Source: Candidatus Babeliales bacterium (lineage in GTDB: Bacteria > Babelota > Babeliae > Babelales > JANWKD01). From it: 64,000 bases of DNA. The position numbers were made by a program, and so were the translations under genes. Below the pieces are notes generated by a model. The model had not been told where the DNA came from. It ran no database searches and saw only the letters and a program-made list of their open reading frames with translations. The stretch covers positions 960,001-1,024,000 of the forward strand of contig CAVRJM010000001.1 of the NCBI GenBank assembly GCA_963722075.1. Reading direction: 5' to 3'. Below are positions 1 through 10,072 of the stretch, in pieces (positions within the stretch are counted from its first letter, which is position 1; each line of letters starts with the position of its first letter).

Positions 1-1101
1 TTCTATTGGACTTCATTTATAGATTCTCAACAAACAGCAATCAAAAATCTTATTAAAAATAAAAATAATATAAATAAATATGAAAAAATACGAGCAGCTC
101 AAAAAGCTTTAGAGGAACAAATTTTTATAGTAGTAAAACCAACCCATGGCGCCGGCCCATCTCGCCCTGTCACGCAACAAACAACACATGATCTTATTTT
201 TCCGTCAGCGTATTTGGTTAATAATGAAAATTATGCACAGTATGTACCTGCAGAAGTCCCTATAAAAATAGGTAATAATCGCCTCCAACAAGTACTCACT
301 ATAAGTCAATTTTTAACGCCTGATAATTTATTTATCACTACTAATCCACAAGTAATTATAGATCTAATAGGTTTAAGAATGAAAAAATACATTGATTTCC
401 TTCTTAAATTTAATGCCGATTTGCCCCCACAAAATCCGAATATCGAAGACATTGTTATTGGCGGAGGTGCTGCTCCTAGTTGCGCGTACCAAGCATTAAG
501 GAATTGTGCAATTCTAATTGAAGCATTTGATGCACGCTCTAATAATGAATATGATCAAAAAATTTCTCAATTTTATAATTTAAAAAATCTTAACTCTTTG
601 TTTGGTAAACCAGAAAGTAATAAATTAGTAGGAAACCCACAAGAAAATGGTAAATGGAGAGAATTTATTATTAACCGAAGAATTTCTCAACATGCTGATA
701 CAGATAATGGCGATTGGTTATTTGCCCCTGAAATGAAAGTATTAATAAATAACTTATTGAAACGGTTTATAAATACCATTGTGGTACTCGAAGATATGGA
801 TGATTTGAAAAGTAGTGATTCTTATGAAAGACTTAAAAAAGAATTAACTCAGCCTAATAAAATTGGTGGATTTATTCTTTTTCATCCTTCTCCGGATAAT
901 CCTAATGGCCATTGGTTTGCATTAGTAGTTACTACTAATGCTCAAGGCAGAAAAACATTTACTATTGCAGATTCTACCAACACCCCACGCTACCCAAAGG
1001 AAGACGATCAATTCACAAAAAATGAATTCACTAACAAACTTTTAGATTATATTATTACTGATTTTAACAGAGAAGTTTTTAGGAGAGTTACGTGGTTGTA
1101 A
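1..1101 (+). CDS. 5'-truncated protein with C-terminal papain/Josephin-like cysteine protease motifs
   Basis: Frame is open from base 1 to the stop at 1101, so the TTG at 214 is internal. Motifs SCAYQALRN, GHWFALVV, TIADS. Confidence 0.55.
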   Translation, partial: FYWTSFIDSQQTAIKNLIKNKNNINKYEKIRAAQKALEEQIFIVVKPTHGAGPSRPVTQQTTHDLIFPSAYLVNNENYAQYVPAEVPIKIGNNRLQQVLTISQFLTPDNLFITTNPQVIIDLIGLRMKKYIDFLLKFNADLPPQNPNIEDIVIGGGAAPSCAYQALRNCAILIEAFDARSNNEYDQKISQFYNLKNLNSLFGKPESNKLVGNPQENGKWREFIINRRISQHADTDNGDWLFAPEMKVLINNLLKRFINTIVVLEDMDDLKSSDSYERLKKELTQPNKIGGFILFHPSPDNPNGHWFALVVTTNAQGRKTFTIADSTNTPRYPKEDDQFTKNEFTNKLLDYIITDFNREVFRRVTWL

Positions 1102-1188
1102 GTTATCCGACCTGCTCTTATACCTTTATCTCTTTTTGACAAATATGAATTAAAATTATAAACTATTTCTTATTAAGAAGAGAGAAAT

Positions 1189-2091
1189 ATGTTTTTAATT
1201 GTTTTTTTATATGCCCTTCTGGCAGGCACATTCACTTTAGGCAAAATGATTCTTGCCTATACGCAACCCATTTTTGTGGTAGGTATGCGCATGTCAATTT
1301 CAGGGGCCATATTACTCCTTTATCATTTTGTAACCAATCGCACCCAATTACGCATTCAAAAACAGCATATAGTACCATTCATAAAAGCAACTATTTTTAC
1401 GATTTATATCCCCTATTTATTGCGCTATTGGGGATTAGTGTATTTAACCCCAAGCAAAGCATGCTTAATATACCATTGCGGTCCTTTTTTAAGTTATTTT
1501 TTCTCGTATATTTTTTATAATGAAGCAGCGCGCTTTAAAAAAATTACTGGATTATGTATTGGATTTGTAGGTCTTTTACCACTCATTATTACTTCTGCAT
1601 CAGCGGCCACACAACAGCATGGTTTATATTTCTTGCCAGAACTGGCTATTTTGATTGCTGTTTCTTGTATGAGTTATGGATGGCTCATTATTCATCAACT
1701 CATTAATCAAGAACAATATCCGCCAAGCATGACCAACGGCATTATTATGTTTGCTGGCGGCATTTGTGCATTGCTTACTTCATTTATTTTTGAAGATCCA
1801 CAGCTTTATATTACTGAATTTATGCCTTTTGCTACATTGCTCGCACTTATCATCATTGTCAGTAATTTAATTTGCCATAATTTATATGGGGCATTACTGC
1901 GTAGCTATACACCCACTATGCTTTCATTCACCAGCTTTTTATCACCGGTTTTTACCGCATTATATGGATGGCTGTTTATGAATGAAGTAATACCATGGTA
2001 TTTTTATTTATCTTCGTTAATTATTTTTAGTGGATTATTTTTATTTTATAGCGATGAGTTACGACAACAACAAGTAAGCAGGGCAGCTTAA
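1189..2091 (+). CDS. DMT/EamA family transporter
   Basis: 300 aa, about 10 hydrophobic helices in two EamA-like repeats. Confidence 0.85.
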   Translation: MFLIVFLYALLAGTFTLGKMILAYTQPIFVVGMRMSISGAILLLYHFVTNRTQLRIQKQHIVPFIKATIFTIYIPYLLRYWGLVYLTPSKACLIYHCGPFLSYFFSYIFYNEAARFKKITGLCIGFVGLLPLIITSASAATQQHGLYFLPELAILIAVSCMSYGWLIIHQLINQEQYPPSMTNGIIMFAGGICALLTSFIFEDPQLYITEFMPFATLLALIIIVSNLICHNLYGALLRSYTPTMLSFTSFLSPVFTALYGWLFMNEVIPWYFYLSSLIIFSGLFLFYSDELRQQQVSRAA

Positions 2092-4017
2092 TTATTGTCC
2101 AAAACCTCCACCGCCACCACTAACAGTTGTTTTACCCTTCATAGCATTACGCCGATTTTTAATTGCATTGAATAGATTGTCCGTAAAGGTATCTTGTTGT
2201 TTTGGTGTTCGCCCTTGGTCTTGTTTAACTTCTTTAAGCGTTCTCCCTGCCCTAATAGAATCAAGTAACGCCTGCCATTTAGGATCAGCTACTTGTTGCG
2301 GGGTTGTTGGGATATTTTTCTTTTCCATTTGAGGCTGTTCTGCAACAATATTTCCTACTGGTTGTAGTAATGCTTCCTGATTTTCGTTTTGGACTGCTAA
2401 CAACTGCTCACGTCGATCACCTAATGCGATTAACCGCCTTGCATCTTCACGCAATACATCATCAGATAGGTCTTTTTCCTGAGTACTGTTATCAATAGCG
2501 TTATAAAGCACGGATGCTTGATTACCCAATTGCGCAGCGCCCTCCACTGCTATTAAAGAAGGATCTGCCGCATAAATAGAACGAATGGCTTCATCAAAAT
2601 CTGTTAACACTGAATCAAACATTTCTGCTGTTTTAACAGGGTCATCAATTTGCTCTTCAATACTAGTAATGTTTGATTCTACCGTATTAGGAATCTGTAC
2701 AATAGAAGCATCAATCCTATGAGCACTTTTATTAGCTTCAGCTATTTTTTGATACTCAGATATGTTTTCTATTGCCCTTCTTCCATTTTCTAATGCGGTA
2801 CGCAAATGGATATCCCATGCTTGCGCTTGTTCAATAGCATTATTACTTCTCTGAAAGAGCTCTATCATATTATTTGTCTCTTCGGGGCTTAAGCTTTCTT
2901 GTATTGCAAGTTTTAGTCCCTGATTTCCAAAATTATCTGCAAACATTTGATAGGTTGAACGTACTAAACTTGCAACATATGCTTGCTCATCTGGCACCAT
3001 TTGTTCAAAATCAGTAAGAGCCAATTGCTCTAATGTAGTTTGAAAATTTTCATATGCTGATGATTGTAAAGCCGCCATTGGGTCTTTTCTAATGTCGGCT
3101 AAAATTGAATCCCGCTGGCTTTTAAAACTATCATACATATACGGAACATCAAAAAAAGTTTTAATGAATTCTCGTGAATATGTCTCCTCTTCTGGCGTTT
3201 GTAATAATTGGTGCAATTCCGCCGGCTTCAATAATTTACCCAGGACATCGTTTATCTCGTTCACCAAAGCATTATTTTCTTGTTTGTTAAGTTCTAATCT
3301 ATCAAGCAAATAGAGCAAATCAACAACTGCTCTTTTTATATCTTTACGAATTGCAGCAACGTCGGTAGTCTTTTTTACTTCCGATAATAAATTTAATGAG
3401 TCTAAGTCAACCCTAACTCGCTCTATAGCCACTGGCATTTCTTGAGCTAATGATTGTTTTTGCCGAGCTGCGTTTAATGGATCTCCGCCCAATTTTCCAT
3501 AGATATCTATTAGGTCTGATCGTAGGGTATTTGCATCACCAATCCCCCATTTAATCAGTAACTTTTTACCCCATTCTTGAAATTTTAGATTTACTCGATC
3601 CAAAAATGATACTTTTGGTCGCCCACCAGCACCGGTAAAAAGACTTTGCACTTCTGCTTCTTGTTTTTGCAATGCAGCAATATCAGCACTTAGTCCATTT
3701 ATCGTTTTAGCATCTGATTTCACATCATTAGAAGCTTGTGGATCACTCTCAATCTTGCTTAATAAATCCTTTATTGTTTGCTCATTACGCTCACCAACCG
3801 GTTTATCAAGCTCCTTATCTAATTCATTTTTTGCATCTTCACCTTCAGGTGATAACCTTTCATCTTGCAGTCTTTGACGTAATTGTGTTTCTGCCGTTGA
3901 ACGTTCAGTTTGTTTACTGGTTATTTCTCTTTCTATCGCTTGTTCAGGACCCTCTCCAGCATAGGTATTCCAACAAAATGAAAAGAGAATTATTAAAAGA
4001 ATGGTATTGAGCTTCAT
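2092..4017 (-). CDS. Secreted helical protein with C-terminal WH2-like and C (central) actin-binding motifs
   Basis: Signal peptide; coiled-coil-like body; ALLDSIRAGRTLKEV...LFNAIKNRRNAM. Confidence 0.6.
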   Translation of the reverse strand: MKLNTILLIILFSFCWNTYAGEGPEQAIEREITSKQTERSTAETQLRQRLQDERLSPEGEDAKNELDKELDKPVGERNEQTIKDLLSKIESDPQASNDVKSDAKTINGLSADIAALQKQEAEVQSLFTGAGGRPKVSFLDRVNLKFQEWGKKLLIKWGIGDANTLRSDLIDIYGKLGGDPLNAARQKQSLAQEMPVAIERVRVDLDSLNLLSEVKKTTDVAAIRKDIKRAVVDLLYLLDRLELNKQENNALVNEINDVLGKLLKPAELHQLLQTPEEETYSREFIKTFFDVPYMYDSFKSQRDSILADIRKDPMAALQSSAYENFQTTLEQLALTDFEQMVPDEQAYVASLVRSTYQMFADNFGNQGLKLAIQESLSPEETNNMIELFQRSNNAIEQAQAWDIHLRTALENGRRAIENISEYQKIAEANKSAHRIDASIVQIPNTVESNITSIEEQIDDPVKTAEMFDSVLTDFDEAIRSIYAADPSLIAVEGAAQLGNQASVLYNAIDNSTQEKDLSDDVLREDARRLIALGDRREQLLAVQNENQEALLQPVGNIVAEQPQMEKKNIPTTPQQVADPKWQALLDSIRAGRTLKEVKQDQGRTPKQQDTFTDNLFNAIKNRRNAMKGKTTVSGGGGGFGQ

Positions 4018-4099
4018 TATTTACCTCATTTCAAACCGTAATTCAATATACTTATTTTACTATTATTTTAATATTAATAGAATATAAATTGCAATGGTT

Positions 4100-5550
4100 T
4101 GTTAGTGCAAAGTGATAAATTCCTCTTATAGCGCAAAGTAAAAAGTTCCGGTTTTTAGGGTAAACTTAATCTTGAAGAAAAAAAGAATAAACCCTAAAAA
4201 TACACCGGAACTTATATGGAATATATTACCATGAATAAGAAAGAACGAGAACAGGCAAAAGTGTTTGCTCAGGTTAAAGAAGGAAAGCTGACAAAGGCAG
4301 AGGCAGCGGAACGCCTGAGGTTTACCAGGCGCTGGGTAAGGGAAAAATATACAAGATACTGCCAGTTAGATGACTTTGGCTTAGTACATGGCAATAGAGG
4401 AAAGGCAAGCCCGAATAGGTGGGATCAAGAGGAGAGGCAACTGTTAATAACCTTGTTGGAAGGCGATTGGCAAGGCTTTGGACCAACCTTTGCAGCTGAA
4501 AAGCTTAATGAGTTACATGGGATACAGGTAAGCCGAGAAGTTGTTAGAAAGGCTATGATCGAAGAGGGTTTATGGCATTCCAGAAAACGAAGTGGTAAAC
4601 ATCGTAAACGACGAGAAAGAAAACTAATGTTTGGCATGATGATTCAGCTTGATGGGTCACCACATGACTGGTTTGAAGGTCGTGCTCCAGAATGTACGCT
4701 ACTTGTTTTCATTGACGATGCTACCAGCCGTATTCTTTGGCTTGAATTTGCTCCATCTGAATCAGTATTTGCTTTAATGGCGGCAACTAAAAATTACATT
4801 GAGAAATATGGAATTCCTCAAACTTTTTACGTAGACCATGGATCTGTTTTTCATGTTAATTTGAATAATAAAGATGATATTAAAAAGACTCAATGGGAGC
4901 GTGCTTGCGAATCTATAGACATTGAGATTGAACATGCCCATAGCCCTCAGGCAAAAGGACGTGTTGAACGATGCAATCAAACCATGCAAGATCGCCTTAT
5001 TAAAGAGATGAGGCTTGCTGGCATATCATCAATAACTGCTGCAAATAATTATCTAAGAGCGAGTAACTTTATCACCAAGCATAATGCTGCATTCCAAGTC
5101 CCTCCAACTCAACAAGGCAATGCACATGCTGATGCTCAATCTTATGACTTAGCCGATGTATTCAGCATGCAAGAGACTCGCATTCTTATGAACGATTTTA
5201 CTATTACTTACCACAATCGCATTTTTCAATTGACTCCGCATCAGAAAACAATTCTACGCCCAAAGGATATTATTGTTGTTAAGGTGCATTTAGATGGAGA
5301 AATTAAACTGTGGATTAGAAAAACAGCGCTTGCTTTTAGTGAAATTTATCAACGAGTAACCCCACAAGTTCAGGAGAAAAAAATAGTAGATTACAAACCA
5401 AGAAAGCCTTCACAGAGCAGTCAACGTTGGGTAAGCGGTTTACCCCCTCGCGAGAGTAGGGTGAAGCCGGCTGCGCCGGCCGTGGAGGCGCTTTAATGAG
5501 AGGAACTTTTTACTTTGCAAAATAGTGGAATTTTTCACGTTGCTTTGACA
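4100..5550 (+). mobile_element. IS1202-type (ISNCY) insertion sequence with 17-bp target site duplication
   Basis: TGT...ACA termini with imperfect ~50-bp inverted repeats; TATAAATTGCAATGGTT duplicated at 4083-4099 and 5551-5567. Confidence 0.9.
4216..5496 (+). CDS. ISNCY/IS1202-family DDE transposase
   Basis: N-terminal HTH, QLDGSPHDWFEGR, IDDATSR, SPQAKGRVER motifs; ORF intact. Confidence 0.92.
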   Translation: MEYITMNKKEREQAKVFAQVKEGKLTKAEAAERLRFTRRWVREKYTRYCQLDDFGLVHGNRGKASPNRWDQEERQLLITLLEGDWQGFGPTFAAEKLNELHGIQVSREVVRKAMIEEGLWHSRKRSGKHRKRRERKLMFGMMIQLDGSPHDWFEGRAPECTLLVFIDDATSRILWLEFAPSESVFALMAATKNYIEKYGIPQTFYVDHGSVFHVNLNNKDDIKKTQWERACESIDIEIEHAHSPQAKGRVERCNQTMQDRLIKEMRLAGISSITAANNYLRASNFITKHNAAFQVPPTQQGNAHADAQSYDLADVFSMQETRILMNDFTITYHNRIFQLTPHQKTILRPKDIIVVKVHLDGEIKLWIRKTALAFSEIYQRVTPQVQEKKIVDYKPRKPSQSSQRWVSGLPPRESRVKPAAPAVEAL

Positions 5551-5582
5551 TATAAATTGCAATGGTTATACAAATAAAAAAA

Positions 5583-5627
5583 AGGGTAAAAATACTTAAA
5601 AATTAATGTTTTAAGTATTTTTACCCT
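5583..5627. terminator. AT-rich hairpin, likely terminator
   Basis: AGGGTAAAAATACTTAAAA / TTTTAAGTATTTTTACCCT perfect inverted repeat downstream of the ankyrin gene. Confidence 0.55.
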
Positions 5628-5666
5628 AAAATTAAGAAGCTAGGATGGGATATACCTATTGAAAAA

Positions 5667-6590
5667 TTACTTCTTTAAAATATTTTCTAGACACATTCTC
5701 ATAAGCCATATCGAACCTGTTTGTATAGCTATAGTTAATGGATTTCGTTGTGCATTATCATTTTTTGACAATACAATATCTGGGTGAGCCAATAATAAAG
5801 CAACAATAGCAGAATGCCCCTTCATTGAAGCATGATTAAGAGCAGTAGAACCAAATTCATCATAACGGTTGACCTGAACGTCATTTCGTTTGAGTATCAA
5901 TTCTACGGCTTCTTTATTGCCATCGGCTGCAGCAAACATAAGCGGCGTATATCCCCATCTATCAACCGCATTTATATTTAGACCAGGTTCTTCTAACAAA
6001 GTTTTTAGACTCTCATTATCTTGTTTGTTTAATGCAACAAAAACCAAATTAAAATCATATTTTTTAAGTTCCTCAAAAGGCGTGTTCAACGCTATACCAG
6101 TTATTTTATTATTACAAACAAAATCTTTATAAGCATCCTTATGTTTAATATCCACCTGCACCCCACGAGCCAAACTTATCAAAGAAAGTATTGATTTTAT
6201 ATCACTTGGAATAGCGTTTTTTTGGCAAGCAGGTTGGCTGGCTACCGTTACGGCAGAAAAAAACCGTAAGCTAGGAACCGAACTTTTTTCTAAAAAACCT
6301 TCCATTTCTTCAGCTAATTCTTTATTAGATTTCATTACATTAGATCCATTTACTAACTGATTTTTTTCAGTTAAATACGCTAAATCATCAACTAAAGGCG
6401 GCATAGCCGCTTTTTGATACGCATCACACCTACACATGCCATTCCCACACTGATGCACCGGTTTTTGATAACCGTATTGCTCCCATAATTGGCTATCAGG
6501 TTCTAATGACCATAATTCCATACCATTGGCATAAGAAGAAAATCCTAATAAGAAAATAAAGTATAAATACAAAAACATAGAAATGCTCAC
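5667..6590 (-). CDS. Secreted ankyrin-repeat protein with putative SOCS/BC-box
   Basis: Signal peptide; GYTPLMFAA, GSTALNHAS, NPLTIAI ankyrin motifs; VPSLRFFSA...IPSDIKSIL. Confidence 0.8.
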   Translation of the reverse strand: MSISMFLYLYFIFLLGFSSYANGMELWSLEPDSQLWEQYGYQKPVHQCGNGMCRCDAYQKAAMPPLVDDLAYLTEKNQLVNGSNVMKSNKELAEEMEGFLEKSSVPSLRFFSAVTVASQPACQKNAIPSDIKSILSLISLARGVQVDIKHKDAYKDFVCNNKITGIALNTPFEELKKYDFNLVFVALNKQDNESLKTLLEEPGLNINAVDRWGYTPLMFAAADGNKEAVELILKRNDVQVNRYDEFGSTALNHASMKGHSAIVALLLAHPDIVLSKNDNAQRNPLTIAIQTGSIWLMRMCLENILKK

Positions 6591-6679
6591 TTAATATTTT
6601 AAAAAAATTATAATTGTAACAAAATAATTATAACAAACTAAGGTAATAACGCAACCAAAGCCATTTTTAACATAAATCG

Positions 6680-7588
6680 CTATATGGAATTAAAAAACTC
6701 GGAAACCCGTTTTATATATTCTTGGGGATATTTTTTATAGATACGGGCATGAATAGCATGGTCAACAATCCATAGTTTTTTATGACCAGAAACTGCATCA
6801 TGTAAGGCATGTGCTGCCGCAACATCAGCCATTGCATCATGATTAGAATGAATAATAAATATAGGTGTTTTTAAACGTTGCCCACAAGCAATGCTATTAA
6901 CATCAGACATACGACAGCTACACATATAACTAAAGATAGAATTACATACATGAATAAAGGGCATTAAAGGAAGTCCTGTTTTTTCGGGAAATATTTTAGC
7001 AATTTGCTCATCTAATTGCTTAAAAGCCGAATCAACTACAATTCCTTTAAATTCATTCTGCTCAGCAGCAGCGGCTAATAATGAAACAGCACCCATAGAA
7101 ACGCCGATACCAAAAATGGGTAATTGACGCGTTTTTTCATGCGTTTTTAAATAATTAAATGCCGCAAGCACATCATCTTTTTCATAGAAACCAATGGTAG
7201 TATAATGGCCTTGGCTCTCACCATGGGCACGATAATCAAAGATTAAAATATTATCATCAGGAAATAGCCGTATAAGATTAAAAAGCCGTTCTTTACCGCG
7301 CGAATACCCATGGCACAATAATAGATTACGCTGCGCCTGAGGACGAAGAAATAGTAATCCAGCTAAATTAATACCATCTTTGGCAGTAAAGGAAATGGGC
7401 TGACCACCATGTTCTGATCGTAATAATTCATTAAATTTTTGTGTTTGAATAATCCATGCTTCTTTATGAATACGGCGATAAATAAACTGTTTAACCACCG
7501 AATACGATATATAAAAAATAAGAGAAAAGCTTACTAATAATGTAAAAATAAGCGCTATAATTATTCTTTTAAATCCGTATTTTATCAT
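6680..7588 (-). CDS. Membrane-anchored alpha/beta hydrolase
   Basis: LCHGY, DYRAHGESQG, GVSMGA nucleophile elbow, N-terminal TM. Confidence 0.88.
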   Translation of the reverse strand: MIKYGFKRIIIALIFTLLVSFSLIFYISYSVVKQFIYRRIHKEAWIIQTQKFNELLRSEHGGQPISFTAKDGINLAGLLFLRPQAQRNLLLCHGYSRGKERLFNLIRLFPDDNILIFDYRAHGESQGHYTTIGFYEKDDVLAAFNYLKTHEKTRQLPIFGIGVSMGAVSLLAAAAEQNEFKGIVVDSAFKQLDEQIAKIFPEKTGLPLMPFIHVCNSIFSYMCSCRMSDVNSIACGQRLKTPIFIIHSNHDAMADVAAAHALHDAVSGHKKLWIVDHAIHARIYKKYPQEYIKRVSEFFNSI

Positions 7589-7597
7589 AGATTATCG

Positions 7598-7939
7598 CTA
7601 CAAATTAAATAATTTTTTACCAGCTAAAAAATGAAAATGAAGATGGAAAATAATTTGCCCTGCAGCAGCTCCATTATTAATTACTACATTAAAAGCATCT
7701 GCTTGTGCAATTGTTTTTGATAGATGTTGCATCTGGCTAAAAAGATTATTAATTAACGGTAAATCCTGTGGATCTATAGATTGGATATCAGCAATATGTT
7801 TCTTTGGCATAACTAAATAATGAATGGGGGCTTTTGGATGAACATCCTTTATTACCAAACAGTGCTCATCTTCAGCAATTATTTGCGCCGGCAGCTCTCC
7901 GGCAATAATTTTACAAAATATACAAGATTTTGATTCCAT
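7598..7939 (-). CDS. hinT: HIT family nucleotide hydrolase
   Basis: CIFCKII and HLHFH histidine triad. Confidence 0.9.
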   Translation of the reverse strand: MESKSCIFCKIIAGELPAQIIAEDEHCLVIKDVHPKAPIHYLVMPKKHIADIQSIDPQDLPLINNLFSQMQHLSKTIAQADAFNVVINNGAAAGQIIFHLHFHFLAGKKLFNL

Positions 7940-8083
7940 ATTAATTACTCTTTCCTACTAATTTCTTATCTACGAGAACGCAACCACCATCCTAAACATC
8001 CAGTAATTGTTGCCGTTCCCAACGCAAAAAGATATGGATGCCTATTAAACCATGACATCCTATTAAATCGATAATCGTCATAT

Positions 8084-8536
8084 TCAGTAGTATCTATTGA
8101 AACTGACCAAAAAATCCCCCTTGTTGCTTTTCCAAATTTTTAATTTGGGTGCAATTTTTAAAAAGAAATCCAATTTTTTTCTATCGGCACGGCTAAAAAC
8201 GTGATCAAAATCGCTTCCTGTAATAGATCTTCGCAATTGAAAATAACGCAAAGGATGTGTTTTACCATCCCAGCCTATTTCATAATCACGGCCGTCCATA
8301 CGAATATGGTCTATCTCTTGATCACCATAGCCATTTTTAATAGCATTAATAGCCTCTACAAATACATTAAATTCATTATCTTTTCGTGCATTATTAATTA
8401 GATATTGCCAGGTATTTTCGTGCTTTCTTTGTGGATCGGTAAATAAAGAATCTTCTGTCGAAGAATCTTCGTTTCTTTGAGAAGCATAACTACTAAAACT
8501 AGCAAATAATAATAAGCTCATAATTATTTTCTTCAT
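8084..8536 (-). CDS. Hypothetical secreted protein
   Basis: MKK signal peptide, AAGGA RBS. Confidence 0.6.
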   Translation of the reverse strand: MKKIIMSLLLFASFSSYASQRNEDSSTEDSLFTDPQRKHENTWQYLINNARKDNEFNVFVEAINAIKNGYGDQEIDHIRMDGRDYEIGWDGKTHPLRYFQLRRSITGSDFDHVFSRADRKKLDFFLKIAPKLKIWKSNKGDFLVSFNRYY

Positions 8537-8654
8537 AATTTCCTTACTATTATAAAATTAACATATAAGATATTTGCCTATTATTATACTATTAGGCGCA
8601 AATGGGAACAAGGGGGAAAGGACTGGCCTGCCCGGCATTTCTGAAGGAAATGAC

Positions 8655-8741
8655 TGGTGCCGGGAGTCGGACTCGAACCGACATGGTGTTGCCACCGCGG
8701 GATTTTGAGTCCCGTGCGTCTGCCAATTTCGCCATCCCGGC
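8655..8741 (-). tRNA. tRNA-Leu(CAA)
   Basis: Reverse complement GCCGGGATGGCGAAATTGG...CT-CAA-AA...GTTCGAGTC...CCA with long variable arm. Confidence 0.95.
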
Positions 8742-8871
8742 GTATAGAATTTTCAAAAAACGGATATACAAATAGTATAGGAAAAGCTAAAAATCGTCAA
8801 TTTATCAAATAATTGACTTCCTAATTTTTAACCTAATATCCTTTAACACTAATAATTTAAGGGAGAATCGT

Positions 8872-9177
8872 ATGACCAATTTTGTAGATATTTTTAAAAG
8901 AACCGCAATAGCAATAAGTTTAACTATATTATTGCCCTTCTTAGTGTATAAAGGATTTGATTTGGTATATGAGCATCCTCACTATCCGCTCCATATTGAA
9001 GGACAAAGTAGAGAAGAATATCAAAAGCTTCATCAAGAATGGCGTGCTCAAAGGGATCGCTATGAAACGTATTATTTTGTCACCTGCTTTATTATTGGCA
9101 CCACGTTAATCGCGTTGTACAATTTGTATCGTTGCTTATTATTTTTATTCTTCTTATCGTTGCCGGCTATTATTTAG
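8872..9177 (+). CDS. Small membrane protein, possibly truncated
   Basis: GGGAG RBS, 2-3 hydrophobic segments. Confidence 0.5.
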   Translation: MTNFVDIFKRTAIAISLTILLPFLVYKGFDLVYEHPHYPLHIEGQSREEYQKLHQEWRAQRDRYETYYFVTCFIIGTTLIALYNLYRCLLFLFFLSLPAII

Positions 9178-9212
9178 CTACCAACGGAAGAAGAATAGAT
9201 AGATAGTTATAA

Positions 9213-9479
9213 TTAAAATAAGTCAGAATGAGTTCCAGTACGAGAAAGAATTATTTCTGTTTTCGTTTTTCGATAAATCAAAAGCCAATCAGGTTCTATA
9301 TGGCATTCACAATAATCTTTAAAAATTCCTTTTAGCTTATGGTTTTTATTTTTAATGGGTAACGGCTTCTGATGAATTAACAAATCAACAATGTTTAAAA
9401 GTTTTTGCAGATCTTTACCTCGTTTTTTTACTTTTTCTAAGTCTTTTTCAAATCGAGATTCATAGATTAATTTTAGCAC
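9213..9479 (-). CDS. yafQ: YafQ-family (RelE superfamily) toxin
   Basis: HKLKG, ECHIEPDWLLIY, RTGTHSDLF. Confidence 0.92.
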   Translation of the reverse strand: MLKLIYESRFEKDLEKVKKRGKDLQKLLNIVDLLIHQKPLPIKNKNHKLKGIFKDYCECHIEPDWLLIYRKTKTEIILSRTGTHSDLF

Positions 9480-9740
9480 TTAAATTCCCAATTTTTTAGA
9501 AAATTCCTCTAGACTTATCTCAGTCAGATTTTTCCTCTTTTCAATGTTTTTAAGAGATTTAATAGTCTCTTTATTGGGGATATGCTCGCTCTTAAGACAT
9601 TCATCATAAGCTTCTAAAGCTTCCATAATAACTTCTCGCATGCTTTTTCCCAAAATCGCCGCCCTGCTTTTAAGCTTTCTATGCTGTTCTTTAGGGATCT
9701 CTATGATAATTCGTGAAATATTATTGCGTGGAACACTCAT
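9480..9740 (-). CDS. RHH antitoxin cognate to YafQ
   Basis: RHH-like N-terminus, PNKETIKSL motif; directly upstream of the toxin. Confidence 0.8.
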   Translation of the reverse strand: MSVPRNNISRIIIEIPKEQHRKLKSRAAILGKSMREVIMEALEAYDECLKSEHIPNKETIKSLKNIEKRKNLTEISLEEFSKKLGI

Positions 9741-9910
9741 TCATTTATCCTTTATTTAATATTTATATAAATATATATTACAATAAATATATAAATATTG
9801 CAATGTTTTAATAAATTTTATATCATTGAAAATGATCAAAACTAGGTCAAATAACCTAAGGTCTATACTCCCCAAACAGACTTGGGAAATGAAATAAAGT
9901 ATTATGAATT

Positions 9911-10067
9911 ATGGAAAAAATTATTAAAAATAGTATTCGAGAGCAATTTCTTAAAAAAACAAATCAAGAATATGAGTTATTAAAAAAAGATCCTAAAGCT
10001 TATGCTGACTATCTTCAAGAAATTTGAAGAATGGGATATTGCTTTATTAGATGGTCTAAATCAGTAG
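9911..10067 (+). pseudogene. Frameshifted remnant of an antitoxin-like gene
   Basis: MEKIIKNSIREQFLKKTNQEYELLKKDPKAYADYLQE, then a shift at ~10022 into EEWDIALLDGLNQ*. Confidence 0.5.
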
Positions 10068-10072
10068 TTTCT

